A stretch of DNA of 60,511 nucleotides from Patescibacteria group bacterium (GTDB taxonomy: Bacteria > Patescibacteriota > Minisyncoccia > 2-02-FULL-40-12 > GWA2-44-9): positions 1-60,511 of the forward strand of contig JBBTYA010000002.1 of the NCBI GenBank assembly GCA_038061995.1, read 5' to 3'. The notes under the pieces were generated by a model. It saw only the letters and a program-made list of their open reading frames with translations, made no database searches and was not told the origin of the DNA. A program made the position numbers and the translations under genes. Below are positions 56,957-60,511 of this stretch, in pieces (the first letter of the stretch is position 1; each line of letters opens with the position of its first letter).

Positions 56957-57784
56957 ATGAAACGACATTCAATCGTGTTTATTGCAGTCGCATTAGCGTG
57001 GGGTGCTTCATGCGCTCCCTTTGTGTATGCCCAGGAAGATGCGGATGAAACAGCATCACCATCTCCGAAGAGTGAACTTCGTGAAAAAGAGCGCGAGGCT
57101 CTAAAGAAGAAAGCAGAAGCAGAGAAAGAGGCGCTTCAAGAAAAGCGAGAAGAAGAAAAAGAACAAGCCAAGAAGAAAATAGAAGTTGAGAAAACAAAGC
57201 GCGAAGAAGAGCGCGAAGCTTTTAAACAAAAAGCAGAGAATGAGCGCGAAGCAATGAAAGATGAGCGAGAGGCTGAGCGCGAAGCGTTTAAGAAGAAGCT
57301 TGCTACCGTGAAGGATGAGAAAAAGAAACAGATCGTCGAACGTATTGATGATCAGATAGATGCGTTGAACGCACGCATTACTACTCACTTTGCAAATATC
57401 CTTGAGAAGGTAGAAACATCACTTGCTCGTATTGAGTCTCGTATTGCTGGCTTAAAGAGCGAGGGTAAGGATGTAGCAAAGGCGGAAGCCGCGGTTATTG
57501 TCGCTAAGGATGCTATTGCGGCAGCGCGTGTAAGCATTGAAGCACAAGCGGTTGAGGGGTATGTGATCACCATCACTACTGAAGATAAATTAGGCTCAGC
57601 GGTTAGCGTGGCGCGTAAGTCACTCCATGAAGATTTAAAGGCTGCACAAGAATCGGTGCGCAAAGCACACGCTGCGGTAAAAGATCTCTCTGAAGTGGTA
57701 AAAGATATTATTCGGGGGCCAGAAGATGACGACGACACTTCGCCATCTCCAGCACCGAGCGTATCTCCTGCGGCAACTCAATAA
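56957..57784 (+). CDS. Secreted coiled-coil protein
   Basis: Signal peptide AQ cleavage site; long E/K-rich helical region. Confidence 0.75.
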   Translation: MKRHSIVFIAVALAWGASCAPFVYAQEDADETASPSPKSELREKEREALKKKAEAEKEALQEKREEEKEQAKKKIEVEKTKREEEREAFKQKAENEREAMKDEREAEREAFKKKLATVKDEKKKQIVERIDDQIDALNARITTHFANILEKVETSLARIESRIAGLKSEGKDVAKAEAAVIVAKDAIAAARVSIEAQAVEGYVITITTEDKLGSAVSVARKSLHEDLKAAQESVRKAHAAVKDLSEVVKDIIRGPEDDDDTSPSPAPSVSPAATQ

Positions 57785-57790
57785 TAACCT

Positions 57791-58030
57791 ATGAATGATT
57801 CTCATGGCTCGTTGGGTTGGTTGTGGGCGATTGTACTCATTGCACTTGCTGGCGCGATTGGGTGGGTCCTCATGCAGCAAGGCACCCCAGAAGAGGCAGA
57901 TCTCAAAAAGATGCCTGCCCCCTCATCTAGCATCTCTGCAACCCCAGATGTTCTAGAAGTAAACGCGATTGAAGATGTAAACATCGACGCAGAGCTTAAG
58001 GAAATCGATACTTCGGCACAAGGGCTCTAG
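57791..58030 (+). CDS. Small membrane protein
   Basis: One TM helix and an acidic tail. Confidence 0.6.
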   Translation: MNDSHGSLGWLWAIVLIALAGAIGWVLMQQGTPEEADLKKMPAPSSSISATPDVLEVNAIEDVNIDAELKEIDTSAQGL

Positions 58031-58045
58031 TATCATCATCTGACC

Positions 58046-58071
58046 AAAAAACCGGCGTGAGTCGGTTTTTT
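58046..58071. terminator. Bidirectional-type terminator
   Basis: AAAAAACCGGC-gtga-GTCGGTTTTTT. Confidence 0.75.
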
Positions 58072-58111
58072 GATACTTTTGTCAGACGATAAAATATGCG
58101 AACATAGAGCC

Positions 58112-58498
58112 ATGACTTCAGATGATGCGTACAAGCAGAAGCTCGCGCCTGAACAATATCGTATATTACGAGAAGGTGGCACAGAGGCGCCATTTTCTGG
58201 GAACTATGTTGCTACAAAAGAGACGGGCATGTATACCTGCGCAGCATGCGGACAAGAGCTTTTCTCTTCTGATACAAAGTTTGATTCTGGCACTGGGTGG
58301 CCCAGTTTTACTGATCCAGTGAATAGAGAGCATGTGACCCTTCGTTCCGATGCGTCGCATGGCATGGTACGCGTAGAGGTGCGTTGCAAAAACTGCGACT
58401 CGCATTTAGGGCACGTTTTTGACGACGGCCCACAAGCCGCTGGGGGAAAGCGTTTTTGTATTAATTCAGCATGTCTCCAATTCAAGCCAAAAAACTAA
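58112..58498 (+). CDS. msrB: Peptide-methionine (R)-S-oxide reductase
   Basis: GTEAPF, CAAC, KFDSGTGWPSF, CKNCDSHLGHVF.DGP, RFCINS. Confidence 0.97.
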   Translation: MTSDDAYKQKLAPEQYRILREGGTEAPFSGNYVATKETGMYTCAACGQELFSSDTKFDSGTGWPSFTDPVNREHVTLRSDASHGMVRVEVRCKNCDSHLGHVFDDGPQAAGGKRFCINSACLQFKPKN

Positions 58499-59136
58499 AA
58501 AACGCCCTTCAAGCGATTCTCACACCCGATGAGCGATCATGCATGGCGTCTTTACGTACCCCAGAGCGCATTCAAGACTTTCTTTCTGCGCTTCCGGCGA
58601 ATCACGAACGTAATGGCGATTCATGCCTCTCGCCTCGTGTTGTAATGCAGAAAAAGACCGCTCACTGTTTTGAAGGCGCACTTTTTGCAGCAGCGGTTCT
58701 GTGGTTCCACGGACAAAAACCGCTGCTCCTCGATCTCCAAACCGCGCCTCATGACTTTGATCACGTTGTCACACTATTCAAGCGCGATGGTTTGTGGGGT
58801 GCAATCAGTAAAACCAACCACGCAGTGCTCCGGTGGCGTGATCCTATCTATCGCACGGTCCGCGAACTAGCGCTCTCTTATTTTCACGAGTATTTTCTTG
58901 ATTCAGGAGAGAAGACGCTACGCGCCTATTCGCGGCCATTCTCTCTAGAGCGATTCGGTACGGGGTGGGTGGTTTCAGACGAGCCGCTTTGGTATATTGG
59001 TGATGTGCTCGACGTATCGCCCCATTATCCCATTGCGCCATTGCGCGCATTACGTCGCGCTCGTCCCGCTGAAGTATTCGAGCGCTCCGTAACGAAGCAC
59101 GAGGAATATCCGCACGCGCATAACAAAGATGACTAA
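58471..59136 (+). CDS. Conserved hypothetical protein (transglutaminase/papain-like C-H-D set possible)
   Basis: AHCFEGA, DHVV.LF, AISKTNH..LR.RDP.Y; start uncertain. Confidence 0.7.
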   Translation: MSPIQAKKLKNALQAILTPDERSCMASLRTPERIQDFLSALPANHERNGDSCLSPRVVMQKKTAHCFEGALFAAAVLWFHGQKPLLLDLQTAPHDFDHVVTLFKRDGLWGAISKTNHAVLRWRDPIYRTVRELALSYFHEYFLDSGEKTLRAYSRPFSLERFGTGWVVSDEPLWYIGDVLDVSPHYPIAPLRALRRARPAEVFERSVTKHEEYPHAHNKDD

Positions 59137-60253
59137 TCATCAGCATGAGCTCCACGATCATAAGCCCCACGGCATTCTCGCGCTTGCTGTGTTCTTACTT
59201 TCTCTTGGCATGCTCTGGTATGCTGGCTTTTTTGCTTCTGGGCGCACTGCAGAGTTGAGTGATGAGCGTATTTTTTCTGGCGTTGTTACGAATATTCTCG
59301 AAGAACGTACAGTTCAGAGTATCGTGCCTGGGCGCACTATTCGAGAACAGAAACTTTCTGTGCAGGCGACGCTTCCTGATGGTGCGCGTAGCGTTGCGGT
59401 GACTAATGATTTTGTACCTCTTAGTGCCGGAGATCGGGTATACGTACAGCAGACTGGAGGCGTTGAGAGCGAGCAGTTTTTCATTGTCGATGTACAGCGC
59501 CACAGGGGATTGTTCGCACTGGCGGCACTTTTCGTTGGAGCTGTGCTTGTGATGGCGGGCAAGAAGGGCCTCTATGCGCTTTCCGGCCTTGTCTTTAGTT
59601 TTGCCCTTATTATTACATGGATTGTGCCGCGTATTCTTGCGGGTAATGACCCTGTCCTTATTGGATTGATCGGATCGATGCTTATTCTCATTGTTACACT
59701 TGCCGTATCCTACGGAGTGAATCGAAAATCTATTTCTGCGCTGCTCGGCATTCTGGTTGCTCTTATGGTCGTTGGAGTGCTCTCGAGTGTCGCCGTGAAG
59801 GCGTTGCACTTCTCTGGTTTTTCTGCCGAAGAGGCGGTGTATTTGAATATGGAATCCGAGAATGCGGTGAACTTAGTCGCTCTTGTAGTCGCTGGTATCA
59901 TTATCGCGGCGATCGGTGTTCTTGATGATATAGCAATCACGCAAGCGGCTACTGTCTTTAGTTTAGCGCGCACTGATCCGCGCCTTACTCGCATGCAGCT
60001 CTTTGTGCGCGCTATGGACGTGGGGCGTGATCACATTTCAGCCGTGATTAATACCCTTGTTCTTGCATACACAGGAGCGGCGCTTCCTCTAGTCCTTCTT
60101 GTAAGTATGCGCAAGTTTCCACTTTCTTTTGTGATAAACGGAGAGATTGTTGCTGAGGAGATCGTGCGTACCCTCATTTCATCTACGGGGCTAGTGCTTG
60201 CTGTCCCAGCAACAACGCTGATCGCCGCGTATATGGCAAAACGAAATGCGTAA
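59129..60253 (+). CDS. YibE/F-family membrane protein
   Basis: IGVLDDIAITQ, VGRDHISAVINTLVLAY.GA.LP, EEIVRTL. Confidence 0.92.
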   Translation: MTNHQHELHDHKPHGILALAVFLLSLGMLWYAGFFASGRTAELSDERIFSGVVTNILEERTVQSIVPGRTIREQKLSVQATLPDGARSVAVTNDFVPLSAGDRVYVQQTGGVESEQFFIVDVQRHRGLFALAALFVGAVLVMAGKKGLYALSGLVFSFALIITWIVPRILAGNDPVLIGLIGSMLILIVTLAVSYGVNRKSISALLGILVALMVVGVLSSVAVKALHFSGFSAEEAVYLNMESENAVNLVALVVAGIIIAAIGVLDDIAITQAATVFSLARTDPRLTRMQLFVRAMDVGRDHISAVINTLVLAYTGAALPLVLLVSMRKFPLSFVINGEIVAEEIVRTLISSTGLVLAVPATTLIAAYMAKRNA

Positions 60254-60511
60254 TATTTTTATCTCGTTCTTCTTTGGTTTTGGCGCTCTTATTGTAGTGG
60301 GAGTGTATTCCCTTGGCATCTTTGGAGCGGGCACAAAAGAAGTGGTAACGGTGACAGCGACTCCTTCTCCTTTTGTGCCATATGCTACAGCGGCGCCAAC
60401 ACTTTCGCCAACGCCACAAGCAACAGCGCTTCCGGGGCGCGTCGTGCACTCCGCTCCTTTTACTGCGCAGGCTCCTTTTGGTGACTGGGCTGATCCTCGT
60501 CAACAAGGTGC
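60246..60511 (+). CDS. Membrane-anchored C39-like peptidase (5' partial)
   Basis: Manual translation: TM, T/P linker, then APFTAQAPFGDWADPRQQG, the usual lead-in to the C39_2 catalytic Cys; runs off the window. Confidence 0.6.
   Translation, partial: MRNIFISFFFGFGALIVVGVYSLGIFGAGTKEVVTVTATPSPFVPYATAAPTLSPTPQATALPGRVVHSAPFTAQAPFGDWADPRQQG

Noticed and set aside
56957-57400. E/K-rich repeats as a DNA tandem repeat or VNTR
   Set aside because: They are explained by low-complexity coiled-coil coding; there is no exact nucleotide periodicity.
7-60506. Numerous 60-200 aa overlapping or antisense ORFs in the track
   Set aside because: They are shadows of confidently assigned genes and lack start signals or family motifs.
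1-60511. CRISPR array, integron attC sites, prophage, IS transposase, rRNA
   Set aside because: No regularly spaced repeats, attC-like palindromes, cas, integrase, transposase, capsid or rRNA sequences were recognised.
1-60511. Alternative genetic code (UGA=Gly, as in Gracilibacteria/Absconditabacteria)
   Set aside because: Conserved genes are full length under code 11, and TGA terminates murE, holB, mrdA and dnaX at expected positions.

Overview
A ~60 kb chromosomal segment of a reduced-genome bacterium, most consistent with Patescibacteria/CPR (Parcubacteria-like). This rests on gene content and compact architecture; the standard genetic code is used, since TGA acts as a stop. Almost all genes lie on the + strand. 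Positions 1-34.8 kb are mostly housekeeping and envelope genes: rpsT (partial), uvrB, ruvA, FemABX-murE, lon, murG, holB, frr, rseP, proS, mreBC(D)-PBP2, greA-lysS-serS-ftsQ-like, a GT39, a VirD4/HerA-like ATPase and dnaX. Positions 34.8-52.6 kb are an accessory-rich stretch. The most notable observations are: (1) a GIY-YIG nuclease gene nested at a tRNA-Gln(TTG) locus, between a duplicated, palindrome-interrupted tRNA 5' fragment and the intact tRNA, with its last codons and stop read from the tRNA itself; (2) two promoter-to-terminator units with no translatable ORF, which are candidate structured ncRNAs (28.5 kb and 48.4 kb); (3) pervasive leaderless-type starts in resident genes, contrasting with about eight self-contained promoter-SD-ORF-terminator orphan cassettes, one carrying an unannotated 34-aa Cys/His peptide; (4) a DUF2975-like gene broken by a 5-nt repeat expansion and an exported JAB/MPN-like protein. 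All family assignments come from motif recognition by eye; no searches were run.
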